Virus record (IMG/VR): IMGVR_UViG_3300021088_000010
Span: 451 to 64,450 of that record
Strand: one strand, 5' to 3'
Origin: a virus
Lineage: Duplodnaviria; Caudoviricetes
DNA length: 64,000 nucleotides
Positions 37,540 to 46,760 of the stretch are shown here, one piece after another. The translations under genes and the position numbers were made by a program. The notes below the pieces were generated by a model. The model was not told where the DNA came from. It worked only from the letters and a program-made list of their open reading frames with translations, and ran no database searches. Every line of letters begins with the position of its first letter. Position 1 is the stretch's first letter.

Positions 37540-38388
37540 TTAAGGCTGAATAATTGGAACGCCTGTAAGATTAAGATAAGGTTTTTTAGCTTGATATTTC
37601 TCTCGTCTTATCTCCTCACTCCAACCATAGGTGCAAGGGAGGTAGAACGAGCATTCATAGTATCCGTTGAAGCAGTTCTCCTTATTCGAGGGGAACAATG
37701 TATCCTTAAACATTTGCTGGTAGTCCTCAATTTGATCAGCAACTATAACTAAATCTCGAACCGCTATTTCAATTTGTTCAGGTGTTCTCTCAAGTCTTTG
37801 TCTGTCTGGAAATAACGGCCCTTCTTGGAGCTTATCACTTGGCCGTTTGAGAACATTTACGAAGAATCCTTTTATTTCTTCCTTATAGACTTTGGCTGCT
37901 GCCCAGAGATACAAGGAGGCTTGGTCCCTAGCAGCCCATTTTTTCGGTGAATTTGAATTAGACCTACGCTTTTCTGACTTGTGATCTATAAGATAAAGGC
38001 CCTCATTCTCTCTGACAACAAGATCAATCTTTCCTGTGTAAATATGTTTGTATCTAGACTCATACCCTCCAATCTTTGTAGGTAGTTCTACTTTGAAGGT
38101 TCTTTCGATATCCTCTACTGTGAATGTCTCCTGCGGATATTTAGCTTTGTAAGCTTCCATAATCATTTGAGCTTCAATTTCAAGAGCCGCATTCTCACTG
38201 GGAGGATAAAGTAGAGCTTGCTTGTAGTGTTCTTCTAATAGCTCATGAATACGTGAGCCTAATCCTAAGGGAGTTACTTCATTCAGATTTGCTTTAGGTT
38301 CTAATCCAAGTCCCTCTACTTGATAAGAGTTATACCAGTACAGGGGGCACAAACGAAAAGCCTGCGCTTGACTGTTGTCAATAAACAC
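37540..38388 (-). CDS. PD-(D/E)xK exonuclease (RecB/Cas4-like)
   Basis: GSRIHELLE, GKIDLV...LIDHKS, QASLY; one N-terminal plus three C-terminal Cys (Fe-S staple pattern). Confidence 0.82.
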   Translation of the reverse strand: MFIDNSQAQAFRLCPLYWYNSYQVEGLGLEPKANLNEVTPLGLGSRIHELLEEHYKQALLYPPSENAALEIEAQMIMEAYKAKYPQETFTVEDIERTFKVELPTKIGGYESRYKHIYTGKIDLVVRENEGLYLIDHKSEKRRSNSNSPKKWAARDQASLYLWAAAKVYKEEIKGFFVNVLKRPSDKLQEGPLFPDRQRLERTPEQIEIAVRDLVIVADQIEDYQQMFKDTLFPSNKENCFNGYYECSFYLPCTYGWSEEIRREKYQAKKPYLNLTGVPIIQP

Positions 38389-38443
38389 TTATTTCTCCTT
38401 CCACTTTTTACCTGACCAAATTATGTCCATGAGTAACTCTCAT

Positions 38444-39118
38444 TCACTTACTCCCTTCCGCCAGCTTAACTCTCTTAACCACCTTAGGCGTCCAATCCGC
38501 TTTACACTTAAAGTACCTACATTCTTTCTTAAAGGAGTACTCATCAGGAAGCCAGCCATTGATCCAGTAGCTCGCTAGACTACCAGTATCCAACAACCTA
38601 TATCCATGCTTGACTAGCTCTTCAACTTGTGGTTGTGGAACCTCAACAGGCATCCTCATGAGAGTATGAAACCTGTGCATAAGGTCCCATACAAAAGGCG
38701 GCTCTCCAATCATAAATCCACAGCCACTAGCGGCTAGAAATTCATCTTGACTTAGCATCTTCCTGTTAGGAATATGAGGCGGGTACTCAGCCATACCCCT
38801 ATCAATCCCCCAGCTAACCCTGTGAGGCTTCTGTGGCTCTACTTGAGGATAAGGGTTCCGCATCCAGTAGAACATCATCCTTCGATTTTCAGTTCTGTGA
38901 GCATGGTACCAGTTATTCATAGCTGAGACGGGCTTAAAGCCTAATTCAACAGCATTGTCACTAACCCCAGTAGCTTTAACAAAGAAGATAAACTCCGTCT
39001 TAATCTCTTCTAAATGCCCAGGCGAGACATGGGCAGCCACCCAACTATCTCGCATGTAGCTAATCTCAGTTAAATCCGGAAACTGAGTAATAAAGTTATT
39101 ATATCCTCCAACTAGCAT
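38444..39118 (-). CDS. hypothetical protein
   Basis: Long ORF downstream of the ligase cluster. Confidence 0.55.
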   Translation of the reverse strand: MLVGGYNNFITQFPDLTEISYMRDSWVAAHVSPGHLEEIKTEFIFFVKATGVSDNAVELGFKPVSAMNNWYHAHRTENRRMMFYWMRNPYPQVEPQKPHRVSWGIDRGMAEYPPHIPNRKMLSQDEFLAASGCGFMIGEPPFVWDLMHRFHTLMRMPVEVPQPQVEELVKHGYRLLDTGSLASYWINGWLPDEYSFKKECRYFKCKADWTPKVVKRVKLAEGSK

Positions 39119-39120
39119 AT

Positions 39121-39459
39121 CTATGCTATGCCTCCTGCTTGGGGTTGATTATTGTCAATCCTTTTCTGCCAATAAAGGGACCGATTCTTCCTAGTCCTGC
39201 GCGGCTCCTGAAATAAAGTCAAAGTATATCCATGAGGTAATTTCTTAGACACTACCCGTATCTTCTCAATCTTAGACATGCCCCCAAGTTTCATCATAAC
39301 TTTACCTAAGGCCATGTTGCTAGTTTGGGGATGCGTGAGAATTAACAATTCCTTCACAGCCTTTGAGCCAGTGGACATGACTCCACTTGGATGCTTAAGG
39401 ACAACTCTAAGACGAGTGCTCATACTTCCCCCCTCTTTAAGCCATGAGACTCTAGCCAT
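39121..39459 (-). CDS. hypothetical basic protein
   Basis: In operon; start probably at MSTRLR. Confidence 0.5.
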   Translation of the reverse strand: MARVSWLKEGGSMSTRLRVVLKHPSGVMSTGSKAVKELLILTHPQTSNMALGKVMMKLGGMSKIEKIRVVSKKLPHGYTLTLFQEPRRTRKNRSLYWQKRIDNNQPQAGGIA

Positions 39460-39644
39460 TCCTTGTATTTCTTACTTCCGTCTATACCTTCAAAATATCC
39501 TTTAGGATTTTCTTTGTAGGAAAAAGGTACTTCGCGTCTGATTAACTTACCTGGACAACGAGAGCAATAGTTAAGGGGATGAGAGAAAGCTGTTTGACAT
39601 AAAGGGCAAGCATAAACAACCCGTGTTCCAGTGATTTTAGTCAT
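39420..39644 (-). CDS. small zinc-finger protein
   Basis: CPLC...CSRC. Confidence 0.55.
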   Translation of the reverse strand: MTKITGTRVVYACPLCQTAFSHPLNYCSRCPGKLIRREVPFSYKENPKGYFEGIDGSKKYKEWLESHGLKRGEV

Positions 39645-40396
39645 TGCGCCTCGGCCCAGTCTGAAATTAAGTTTGCCAGTCGGATACCTGTACTCCTTTT
39701 TGGAGAGTCAATGTTAGGCATGGAATTTACTTCTAGTACATAAATCTTTCCGTCCTTACCAAGGATAACATCAACCGCGCCAAAGTCCATGTTAAGAGCT
39801 TTCACCGCTTTAGTACTTGGAACCTCTATCTCCTTCATTCCACGTAGGTTATCCCTTTTCTCGAACTTGAAACCAAACCTTCGATTCCGCATGAAGCCTT
39901 CGTACTCTCCCTCGCCTTTGTACACTTTCTCATAGATTCCAAATACCCTATCTCGAAACACCCAAACACGATACTCGGTCTGAGTGGGAATCCATGCCAC
40001 AAAGAAGTCTTTGTTGTGTGCAGCAGCTCTTACATCCTTCAATGTCTTACAAACTACGATATCTTTACCTTTGACATGGTGGACATTCCGAGCCAGTACA
40101 ATTTGTCCTTTGTCTAGGTTAACGTAATCTTCAAAGTCAGTGTGGGGATATGGAGTCCTAATCTTGTTTCTAATAAACTGGAACATAGCACCAAGCTTGT
40201 CAAACTGATTCACCCCCGCATTAAGCGCTGGCTTGTTCCCTTGATATGAAATGCCCCACCTTACGGTAACATCCCACCCTAACGGGTCCTTAGCATCTCT
40301 AGTAACACGATGTCCTTTAGCTTCAAGATGTCCCTTAAGGATGTTAACGGCTGTATTACCCTTACAGCCTCCTGCTATGTAAATTGACTTCATCAA
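39641..40396 (-). CDS. ATP-grasp ligase (RimK/YheC-like)
   Basis: EYRVWVF, MDFGAVDVI, YVLEVNSMP. Confidence 0.88.
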   Translation of the reverse strand: MMKSIYIAGGCKGNTAVNILKGHLEAKGHRVTRDAKDPLGWDVTVRWGISYQGNKPALNAGVNQFDKLGAMFQFIRNKIRTPYPHTDFEDYVNLDKGQIVLARNVHHVKGKDIVVCKTLKDVRAAAHNKDFFVAWIPTQTEYRVWVFRDRVFGIYEKVYKGEGEYEGFMRNRRFGFKFEKRDNLRGMKEIEVPSTKAVKALNMDFGAVDVILGKDGKIYVLEVNSMPNIDSPKRSTGIRLANLISDWAEAQ

Positions 40397-41412
40397 TTAA
40401 CCCTCCTTTGATCTATAACTCGAATCTTACTTTCTTCTTTAGGTTGCCACAGCGAGCTACCACACCCCCCATTGCCAGTATCACAAGTGTACTGACTAAA
40501 GATACCATTAACAGGAATTAACCACTCCCTATCACACTTATAACAATAAGCAGGTTTCATCTTCCCATCACTACTAGCAGCCGGTTTCATCCTGTCATCC
40601 CACTTCTCTTGTCTCTTACTATATTCCTCATACGTCCTACGCCACGGTTCAGTATAGTCCCCTTGACAAATCTGGCATTCAACATGCGCTTCCAAGCCCT
40701 TAGGACCAATGATCCAAGCGGTATTATTAGCCATGTTAGCAAAGTCCACATCCGGCCTCTGTGCTTGAAACCACATGCCCATCCTCATAACAAATGGCCT
40801 GCAAGCCTTATGCAACGTGGTTTTCTCACTAGAAAAGAAGAAGAAGTCCTCATTACTTGCCAATGTCAGAGGATTCCCGCTACGAACCAGCAATAACTTA
40901 TCACGAAATTCGGGATGTACCCCTGCGATAGCCCCGCTACCACTAGCGCGAGCCAGAAATTTGATAGCCTCTTTGGTAAGTCCATACTTATCAACAATAG
41001 CTCGAATAATATCGGAATCCGTAGCTGCTTTCCTTTCAAGGTGCAGTATCTCAAATAGTTTATCATCATTCCGTATCACTCCGTTATGAATAATAGCTGA
41101 ACACCCCGCAAACATTGGGTGATTATTCTTATTATCTCGGGGATTACCCTGAGAGGCTCCGCGAGCATGTATCAACACGCTCCGACTGTCAGGCTTAAGG
41201 TAGTCCTTGATAAACTGCTCATACTCTTTAGATGTAACCAGCCTCCAGCCTGGAACATCTTTCTTGATAATATTTAACGAGCCGTCACTTTGTTGGATAC
41301 AAATTCCTGCACTATCGTTACCCCGGTGCTCATTACCGACTAGTAATATGCCGATTACTTCTTCGTTAATGGGCTTGTTGCCCCATCTAATACAGCCTGC
41401 TATGCCACAGAT
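40393..41412 (-). CDS. class II glutamine amidotransferase, apparent ATC start
   Basis: Frame is open upstream of the track start: (M)CGIAG...EHRGNDSAG...IHARGASQG...NNHP...HNGVI...TDSD. Confidence 0.88.
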   Translation of the reverse strand: MCGIAGCIRWGNKPINEEVIGILLVGNEHRGNDSAGICIQQSDGSLNIIKKDVPGWRLVTSKEYEQFIKDYLKPDSRSVLIHARGASQGNPRDNKNNHPMFAGCSAIIHNGVIRNDDKLFEILHLERKAATDSDIIRAIVDKYGLTKEAIKFLARASGSGAIAGVHPEFRDKLLLVRSGNPLTLASNEDFFFFSSEKTTLHKACRPFVMRMGMWFQAQRPDVDFANMANNTAWIIGPKGLEAHVECQICQGDYTEPWRRTYEEYSKRQEKWDDRMKPAASSDGKMKPAYCYKCDREWLIPVNGIFSQYTCDTGNGGCGSSLWQPKEESKIRVIDQRRVN

Positions 41413-41416
41413 ATAG

Positions 41417-42826
41417 CTACCACTCCTCTCTAGGGTACGGTGCTTGTTTTCTTACTCCAGGTTTTATTGCAGGTTCAATTTCAGTCTTGGGTGGTTTCCC
41501 GACTATGTGATCCTTAAGCTTCCCCAAAGGGGCCTTAGGCGCACTCCTACTAGGGTTATCCCACCTTGACCAATCGACTGTCTTGTAATCTACAGCCCTA
41601 CACACAGGGAACAAATTCGTATTGCTTAACACGTTATGTAACATCTTACACTGAGCAAGGGACTTGTTAAACTCGGAGGGTACACCTATCTGAATACCTC
41701 CAGAAGTTGTCCGATGAAAGACAATTTCATCTATACTACTTCTCAGAGCTTGCTTTATCCCCTGAATAGGTAAAGGTACATCATGATAGATGTAAAAATA
41801 CTCTGTCACACTAAGATGTACTCTCCGACCTTTGGAGATTAAATCTTTAACCACATCTGGCAGATGCCCAAGAGTGTGCTGTTGAACAGTTAAGTTATAG
41901 AATCCCTTAGGAAGTTGAAAAGGCTCCCACGTAGGTTGAGGTGTACGCTTTAGCATTGGTGTTCCCTGAGTCAAGTACTCAAACAACTCATGACATGTTT
42001 GTTCCTCAGGCTTAATCATGCTGGGGAAGAAGCAATTACCAAACTGATTAAAAGAGAAGTCTGTAGGAGCTTTTGTAAAGTTTTCCACCCCCCACCTACC
42101 TCTAAAATCTGTTGTATCTTCAGAAGGCAATCCCCACTTCTGCAAGGCATGTAAGGCAATGGCTGCATCATCATCTCGATTTTGATACACTTGTAGCAAA
42201 GTCAAAATCGCATCATACTCTCTACCTTTCTCAATACGCCATTTGCTACCACGATACAGCAATAACTTATTCAGCACCAACACAAAGTACATAAGCCACG
42301 GACTAGCCATTTGAGTAGGTAAAGTCCTGTACTCATACCCATGAGACTGAGGACGTACATCCCCGTACTTTCCATAATGTGTGTTGACCACTCGCGCATT
42401 AAAGGTATACTTATTAAACACACCTTGATTAATCAAGGTTTGGCATATTGTATCCAGTATCTCAACATCCTTCTGTCTATCTGGTCGCCTACGTCCCAGA
42501 TGTATATGTCCGCCACAGCCATCCTTCCCGTTGTACGAGACAGCAGACCAAGTAAGCTGTGATATATCATACCTATGTACATAAGCCATCCATCTCAGTG
42601 AATCCACAATACTAGCCACGACCTCAAGAGCAAACTTGGAGGGATAAGCTCGAATCTCAGCTTGTCTACCGGCCATATCGGACCCGAAGGCTCTTGACGT
42701 AGTTAAGCCGCATGATTCAGCGTAGATATACTTTCCTGTAGCTGAGTTAAACACAAACTCAGGGTCTAAGCCTAGGCTGAATCTGTTGCAAAGCCTTGCG
42801 GTGCGTGGATAGATAGAAATTCCCAT
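41417..42826 (-). CDS. phiEco32-like COOH-NH2 ligase type 2
   Basis: LGLDPEF, AEIR, GGHIHLG, YGKYGDVRPQSHGYEYRTLP. Confidence 0.85.
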   Translation of the reverse strand: MGISIYPRTARLCNRFSLGLDPEFVFNSATGKYIYAESCGLTTSRAFGSDMAGRQAEIRAYPSKFALEVVASIVDSLRWMAYVHRYDISQLTWSAVSYNGKDGCGGHIHLGRRRPDRQKDVEILDTICQTLINQGVFNKYTFNARVVNTHYGKYGDVRPQSHGYEYRTLPTQMASPWLMYFVLVLNKLLLYRGSKWRIEKGREYDAILTLLQVYQNRDDDAAIALHALQKWGLPSEDTTDFRGRWGVENFTKAPTDFSFNQFGNCFFPSMIKPEEQTCHELFEYLTQGTPMLKRTPQPTWEPFQLPKGFYNLTVQQHTLGHLPDVVKDLISKGRRVHLSVTEYFYIYHDVPLPIQGIKQALRSSIDEIVFHRTTSGGIQIGVPSEFNKSLAQCKMLHNVLSNTNLFPVCRAVDYKTVDWSRWDNPSRSAPKAPLGKLKDHIVGKPPKTEIEPAIKPGVRKQAPYPREEW

Positions 42827-43324
42827 TTATGCCCAACCCTCTGTACCAACAAGATTTAATGCCTCTAGTAGAGCACGAGGCTGTGGTTCACTCTCGCACC
42901 ACGCTTGAGTACAAGCTGATGAGCACAAAGGAACACCCCATTTTCTCTGCGCAGTATGGTGGTCACAAATTACGCACTTGCTATCCTTGAGCAATAAATC
43001 GTATGCGGCGCAGAGTCTTTTAGTACATCCTCCCTTGGCGAAGTGCAATTGTCTATCTGACGTAGACTCCGTGCTGTTATGACCGCATGATCTGCATTCA
43101 GCCAAGATATGCCCCGGTGCAGTTAGAATACAAGCCCAAAAGCGCCACTCCCACAGCTTGAAAAGACCTGGAATTTCAAATGGTTGATACACGTCCCTAC
43201 CAGACCCAGCAGTGAGTATCCTACTCGCAGGCCAGCTCTCACGTTCTATTACCAGCACAGGTTTCTTAGGGCCACGTACCCCGTGAGGCATTGTTTTCTG
43301 TGTAATAATCCAGCGTGGTATCAT
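42827..43324 (-). CDS. Cys-rich hypothetical protein
   Basis: Several CxxC motifs. Confidence 0.55.
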   Translation of the reverse strand: MIPRWIITQKTMPHGVRGPKKPVLVIERESWPASRILTAGSGRDVYQPFEIPGLFKLWEWRFWACILTAPGHILAECRSCGHNSTESTSDRQLHFAKGGCTKRLCAAYDLLLKDSKCVICDHHTAQRKWGVPLCSSACTQAWCESEPQPRALLEALNLVGTEGWA

Positions 43325-43560
43325 TGATAGCTACCTCTCCATCTCCAATAAATCATCGCGTAGCTTTCTCCCGGTTCTTGGATTACATCAAATGTACCGT
43401 GTTTCGCACACTTATGTCGCCTACAATGAGACACAGAGCAAATAGATACAACTCCATCACAAGTCGGACACTTGGTATTCACAGACTCAATCCACTTGTG
43501 CTCTTTATGTCTATAGGGTTTCATAAAATATTTGGAAAGCCTGTGCTCCCAACAAGCCAC
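43321..43560 (-). CDS. small Cys/His-rich protein
   Basis: GGAGG RBS, GTG start; CPTC...CAKH. Confidence 0.5.
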   Translation of the reverse strand: MACWEHRLSKYFMKPYRHKEHKWIESVNTKCPTCDGVVSICSVSHCRRHKCAKHGTFDVIQEPGESYAMIYWRWRGSYQ

Positions 43561-43569
43561 AGGCTCCCT

Positions 43570-43866
43570 CCAATCGCCGCTCTGCTTTTGTTTTCAGGAC
43601 GTATTACGTTGATACGTTACAGAGTTAGGCTGCATTGGCCTGACGAATCAGGGCACTAGCTTATCACCTTACCCCTTGCGGGGGACCACGTACACTCCAC
43701 TTTAAGTGCTATACTCATTGGCTTGAGCTAGCAGGTGGGTGTAATATCATTGGCAGTAGCTAGTTAGGTCGAAGGGGAGCTTATGTCCTTACACCTAAAG
43801 TCCCTTCAGCTTCCCGTCAAGGCTTTCACCTTGACCGTATCGCTCCTTCGGTGGCTCTACTGCCAA
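43570..43866 (-). ncRNA. putative structured RNA region (two modules)
   Basis: UUGGCAGUAG/CUACUGCCAA closing stem; GUCAAGG-UGAAAG-CCUUGAC, CCCC-GCAA-GGGG and CCUGA-UUCG-UCAGG hairpins on the - strand. Confidence 0.6.
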
Positions 43867-43893
43867 ACTCGTTAATAGGACCCTTGGGGTGGA

Positions 43894-44112
43894 CTACATC
43901 CAGTTCCACTTACTTTTAGGTGATGTGGCTACGGACAGCTGCTTTATATTTCCACCGTCATCCATAGAAATAAGCGTGAGAGTACGTTCCGGTTCAACAT
44001 CAAACTGGTCCGCCTCCTTTTTCGCCTCTGCTACAGTCTTGTAGGGTCCATCGACTTCCACGTACATATCCCCCGATCCATCTCTACAGATAACGTAGTA
44101 TAACTCTTTCAT
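43894..44112 (-). CDS. hypothetical protein
   Basis: GAGGA RBS. Confidence 0.6.
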   Translation of the reverse strand: MKELYYVICRDGSGDMYVEVDGPYKTVAEAKKEADQFDVEPERTLTLISMDDGGNIKQLSVATSPKSKWNWM

Positions 44113-44130
44113 ATGTCCTCCTTTATAAGA

Positions 44131-44646
44131 TTACTCAACGTACCTAACCTCAAATCCAACCACCTTAGCATTTTGCCCCAGGTCCTTAAGCAAATACGTA
44201 ACTAGGTTTCCGCTCTTTCCGTTTCTAAAAGCAGGTGTGGCAACCCAACCTCTGTCCAACGCTTTGGTCCAAGGCTCTTCCTTCCATAGCATCTTACTAA
44301 AAGCCGGGACACATTGCGTCATAGCCACTGATCCAAAAGCCGCGTTCTTGGCCGCTACCTCAACAAACTCTACTATCTGATCGAATAGTTCATAAGACCA
44401 AGGCTTAACTTGGATGTACGATAGGACTAACACTGCACAGCACCCTGGCATTTGCTGGACTTGAAAGTTAGCTTTAAACTTCTTAGGTCCTATATGATCC
44501 CCCATCCAGCACTGTACCGGACTCCAATCATTCATACCCCAAGAGTGCTCTGGTTTACTATTAAACCAAAAACCACGTTCCTTGGCCAAGTCCCTAAGCA
44601 TGTCTGTGATATAGTTTTGGTGGTCAACTACTAAACGGCCCTTCAT
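44131..44646 (-). CDS. hypothetical protein
   Basis: Abuts the GGCT gene. Confidence 0.6.
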   Translation of the reverse strand: MKGRLVVDHQNYITDMLRDLAKERGFWFNSKPEHSWGMNDWSPVQCWMGDHIGPKKFKANFQVQQMPGCCAVLVLSYIQVKPWSYELFDQIVEFVEVAAKNAAFGSVAMTQCVPAFSKMLWKEEPWTKALDRGWVATPAFRNGKSGNLVTYLLKDLGQNAKVVGFEVRYVE

Positions 44647-45060
44647 TTAGAATCGTCCTCCCTCTATTTTGTCTGTGTACCTGAAATCTTTGAAACAGTG
44701 TTCATATACCCAAGCATCCACCACCTTATCCACAGCCTCTTGCTCATCCCACAGGCAGACAGGAACAATCTTCCGTGTGTAAACTCGCCCGTTTTGTTCT
44801 ATACCATCCAGCCAATCCCACAACTCATCTGGGATGTCCCACAACTCGCCGTAAGCTATCTCTTTGTCCCTTGTTAAGCGAAGTCCTACTCCGCGAAATT
44901 TACCACCCCCAATGGGTCCTATGCCAAAGAGACTTGCACCTTCAATGTAACATTCCCCCAAGAATTCGGCATCGTAGTTGGTCAAGTCAAGTTCAAGTCC
45001 CCTTTTAAGGATTCCATATGTCATGAGCTTTTTGTTTTCCATAGGATTCATATACCCCAT
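44647..45060 (-). CDS. gamma-glutamylcyclotransferase (AIG2-like)
   Basis: TYGILKRG, GELWDI, LDGIE...YTR, AWVY; start may be the ATG at 45042. Confidence 0.85.
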   Translation of the reverse strand: MGYMNPMENKKLMTYGILKRGLELDLTNYDAEFLGECYIEGASLFGIGPIGGGKFRGVGLRLTRDKEIAYGELWDIPDELWDWLDGIEQNGRVYTRKIVPVCLWDEQEAVDKVVDAWVYEHCFKDFRYTDKIEGGRF

Positions 45061-45360
45061 CTAATCGAGGAACAATGTGTCCAGGTCTGACCGATATATC
45101 CAATCCACCTACCAAACCGCTTCAGCCTGTAGGGTCCATTCAAGCATTACGACTCTTTATGAGTGCTAGGGCTAAGCCCGTGGACTTTAGGAGCCTCTCA
45201 ATGGTACAGCTGTCGCTATAAATTTAGCTTCCTGACTGGCAACCAGCAATGACTAGATGCGAAAAGGTTTACCCTCCTCCCAGCCCGTACAGGGCCGCTG
45301 CTATCCCGTCATCTTCAGAGCGCGTTACATGCCTTTTAGATGGGGTATATCAATCCTATG
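45040..45360 (-). ncRNA. putative ~320-nt structured RNA bounded by a 25-bp inverted repeat
   Basis: 45040-45064 and 45336-45360 are reverse complements at 24 of 25 positions; many internal stems; no convincing ORF. Confidence 0.6.
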
Positions 45361-45514
45361 TTATTGGCGTATCCAACTCGTACTCAGTAATACTTTTCTT
45401 CCCGTGAAACTTGATGTTTTCGGCTGCTTCTTCAGCTTTTTCTTCGGAGGAGAAGATACCTTCGATAAATGTATCCTCATAAGGTATAAAATCCTCCAAC
45501 AGATACACTTTCAT
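45356..45514 (-). CDS. small acidic protein (52 aa, below the ORF-track cut-off)
   Basis: Translated by hand: MKVYLLEDFIPYEDTFIEGIFSSEEKAEEAAE...; GGAGG RBS; ATGA overlap with the upstream gene. Confidence 0.65.
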   Translation of the reverse strand: MKVYLLEDFIPYEDTFIEGIFSSEEKAEEAAENIKFHGKKSITEYELDTPIT

Positions 45515-45771
45515 TTTGTGGCCTCCAGTACTCTCTTACCACACTCATAACTCCCACAAATACTAACATCGTTAAGCTTACGGATTCCTGGGCGTCCACA
45601 TCGGCACATAACTTCTGTATTTAATACACCCCGCCCACCACAATAAGAGCAAGGTGGATTGCTAACCCGTGCGTGAACATTATTGGGCTCATGGCCCAGA
45701 CACATCGGACATTTTTTGAGTGCCATTATTCTTCCCAACGACTCCAAGGCTGTCCCGCATTTGGTATCCAC
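45511..45771 (-). CDS. Cys-rich zinc-finger protein
   Basis: CPMC, CSYCGGRG, CRCG; likely start MALKKC. Confidence 0.55.
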   Translation of the reverse strand: MDTKCGTALESLGRIMALKKCPMCLGHEPNNVHARVSNPPCSYCGGRGVLNTEVMCRCGRPGIRKLNDVSICGSYECGKRVLEATK

Positions 45772-46760
45772 TCATCTTCAAAATGCCAGTTGCCTACAAA
45801 GTTTTCATCTGCTTCTAATCCTTCTTCGCATAACCAAATAGCATTATTCACAGATTTTACCTGCTTGTAGACTTGACTCAGAATCCAGCGAAACATAGGC
45901 TGATTCCTATAAATGATCTTTGTAGCTCTCTCATAGTCACAGTTATTAATGACATCAATCGTCTCATCTTGGTTCCCTGCCCACAGATTCCCATACCGCG
46001 AATGAGCCAGCCTCACGCACATTCTGCCTATACCCCACGTTAATTGCATAATGGCAGGTGATTGGAGCCAGAAGTTAGATAGGACACGATACTCAACCCC
46101 TAACCCTTCTGTATACTTCGGCTTTCTAAACTCGCCCGCAAGCCCATAATATTGCCTGCGAATAGGATTATCTATATGCCGTGCTACTCCTACAGACCAC
46201 ACACCTAAGATATTGTCTAGAGTCTTAACAATCTTCTCGTAGTTTGGCTTCTGTGTAGTCCACGTCCCAAAATGGCAATGTCCACCAGCAAAGCGATACG
46301 GTAGCTTACGCGGATTAGCCACAGGCTTACCGCGCATATTATAAGCATTATAACTCGGTTCGCACCCTAATTCCACATGCCTAGGGTGTGCGTTATCTAG
46401 TATAACTTGAGGAACTCGAACTACATTCTTTAGAGATAGGCGAGCCTTGGGGTCTTTCTGTAAAGCTAGGCTATTCAATTCTATCAGCCTTTCTCTCGTG
46501 TATTTGACAAGATTATTTTGGCAATGTGCTCCCTCATGGTTGTACTTCCATTCAGCCTGGAACCCGTCATTATACAGCATTACATCTTTACCTTTACCGG
46601 GTAAAAACTCAAAAGCAGGGAGTAATTTAAGACCTGAGTAGACAAAGCACTCTGGGTCTGCTCCCAAAGAAATTGTACGTCTCTTTGATACACGTCCCTC
46701 AATCATTTCTTTTTCGCCTCCAGTACAATGGAATACACCCGTAAATGGCACAGGGGACAT
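45726..46760 (-). CDS. phiEco32-like COOH-NH2 ligase type 2 (second copy)
   Basis: LGADPECF, DGFQAE, LGCEPSYNAY, RFAGGHCHFG, RRQYYGLAGEFR, GVEYRVLSNFW. Confidence 0.9.
   Translation of the reverse strand: MSPVPFTGVFHCTGGEKEMIEGRVSKRRTISLGADPECFVYSGLKLLPAFEFLPGKGKDVMLYNDGFQAEWKYNHEGAHCQNNLVKYTRERLIELNSLALQKDPKARLSLKNVVRVPQVILDNAHPRHVELGCEPSYNAYNMRGKPVANPRKLPYRFAGGHCHFGTWTTQKPNYEKIVKTLDNILGVWSVGVARHIDNPIRRQYYGLAGEFRKPKYTEGLGVEYRVLSNFWLQSPAIMQLTWGIGRMCVRLAHSRYGNLWAGNQDETIDVINNCDYERATKIIYRNQPMFRWILSQVYKQVKSVNNAIWLCEEGLEADENFVGNWHFEDEWIPNAGQPWSRWEE

Noticed and set aside
37540-38388. cas4 as part of a CRISPR system
   Set aside because: Stand-alone PD-(D/E)xK nuclease upstream of Sak4/SSB, typical of phage recombination modules.
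45064-45336. Group I/II intron or retron msr-msd
   Set aside because: Intergenic, no P7 or domain V consensus seen, and no reverse transcriptase in the window.
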